A DNA stretch of 63,997 nucleotides, counting the filler, from Rhabdomonas costata (taxonomy: Eukaryota), in the NCBI GenBank assembly GCA_019059605.1. It is 40 parts of 40 records of this genome, joined end to end, with 100 filler letters (N's around TTAATTAATTAA, not from the genome) between each part and the next. Parts side by side here need not be neighbours in the genome. Positions count along the whole stretch, not along the records: positions 62,497 to 63,997 come from JAHMHO010014370.1; 39 more parts are not named here. One strand, 5' to 3'. A program made the translations under genes and the position numbers. Under the pieces are notes generated by a model. That model was not told the DNA's origin. It saw only the letters and a program-made list of their open reading frames with translations, and did no database searches. The stretch's first letter is position 1, and every line of letters begins with the position of its first letter. Shown here one piece after another: positions 63,572-63,997 of this stretch.

Positions 63572-63997
63572 CTGATCCCAAAATATGCAAAAAGACCTCG
63601 TGACGTGAACGCCATGACAAGCTTCGCATTGCCACAAAGTCGAGCAAGAATCCAGCTCGCCTGTGGTAACTCAATGACCACATTCGGAATTCTGGCCAGA
63701 ATATTATGTGTATGGCGAAGAACGATTAGGGAAGACGTTGGTTTGCGGGGCGCTTCTATTGGTGTCCTGAGGTGACTCTGGCGGCAGGTAAAAGGTATCC
63801 TGGCTTGCAAAGAGAGTGGGCACCTCACGGTACGCAGTTGCAACAGGACCCGCACGCAGTCGCACACGCCGCACGCAAGTTCCACTGGTCTACACCGGAT
63901 CCGAGTTATCCCGGTTCTTTCTGTTTCCTTTATCCTCCCTTATGATAAAGTCCTTTTTTCTTTCCAACACTTCTTCCTACGTAGCACCCACCCACAC

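Noticed and set aside
1-63997. Gene neighbourhood or operon-type inferences, and rRNA, tRNA, SL-RNA or CRISPR loci
   Set aside because: Adjacent contigs are unlinked, so synteny is meaningless; no recognisable structural RNA gene or repeat-spacer array was seen by eye

Overview
This window is not contiguous DNA. It is a concatenation of 40 unrelated ~1.5 kb contigs joined by an artificial 100-bp linker (44 N + TTAATTAATTAA + 44 N, stops in all six frames). Contig ends carry G/T-only primer scars and fold-back hairpins typical of whole-genome amplification. The DNA is from an intron-rich, flagellated eukaryote, probably a euglenozoan and most likely a euglenid. That is inferred from degenerate GT donors lacking GTAAG, an acyltransferase N-terminus resembling trypanosomatid proteins, and receptor adenylate cyclase pieces. 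Most ORF-track entries are spurious; real genes are short GT-AG exons. Those reconstructed by hand are an axonemal dynein heavy chain, DNA ligase IV, UFD1-like, COQ9, a ubiquitin E2, 5'-nucleotidase, MTHFSD-like, class III adenylate cyclase, PstS-like and ankyrin exons, plus a frameshifted intronless TPR array. Mobile DNA includes a degenerate Merlin/IS1595 transposase, a Ty3/Gypsy gag with candidate LTR/PBS, and a small intronic MITE-like family. The most intriguing signal is two separate contigs (18206-19139 and 57689-59195) with atypical composition. They share three conserved blocks in the same order, GNA mini-hairpins and a strand-biased repeat tract, which suggests a family of mitochondrial mini-chromosome (minicircle-like) constant regions. 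All protein assignments come from motif recognition, not database searches.
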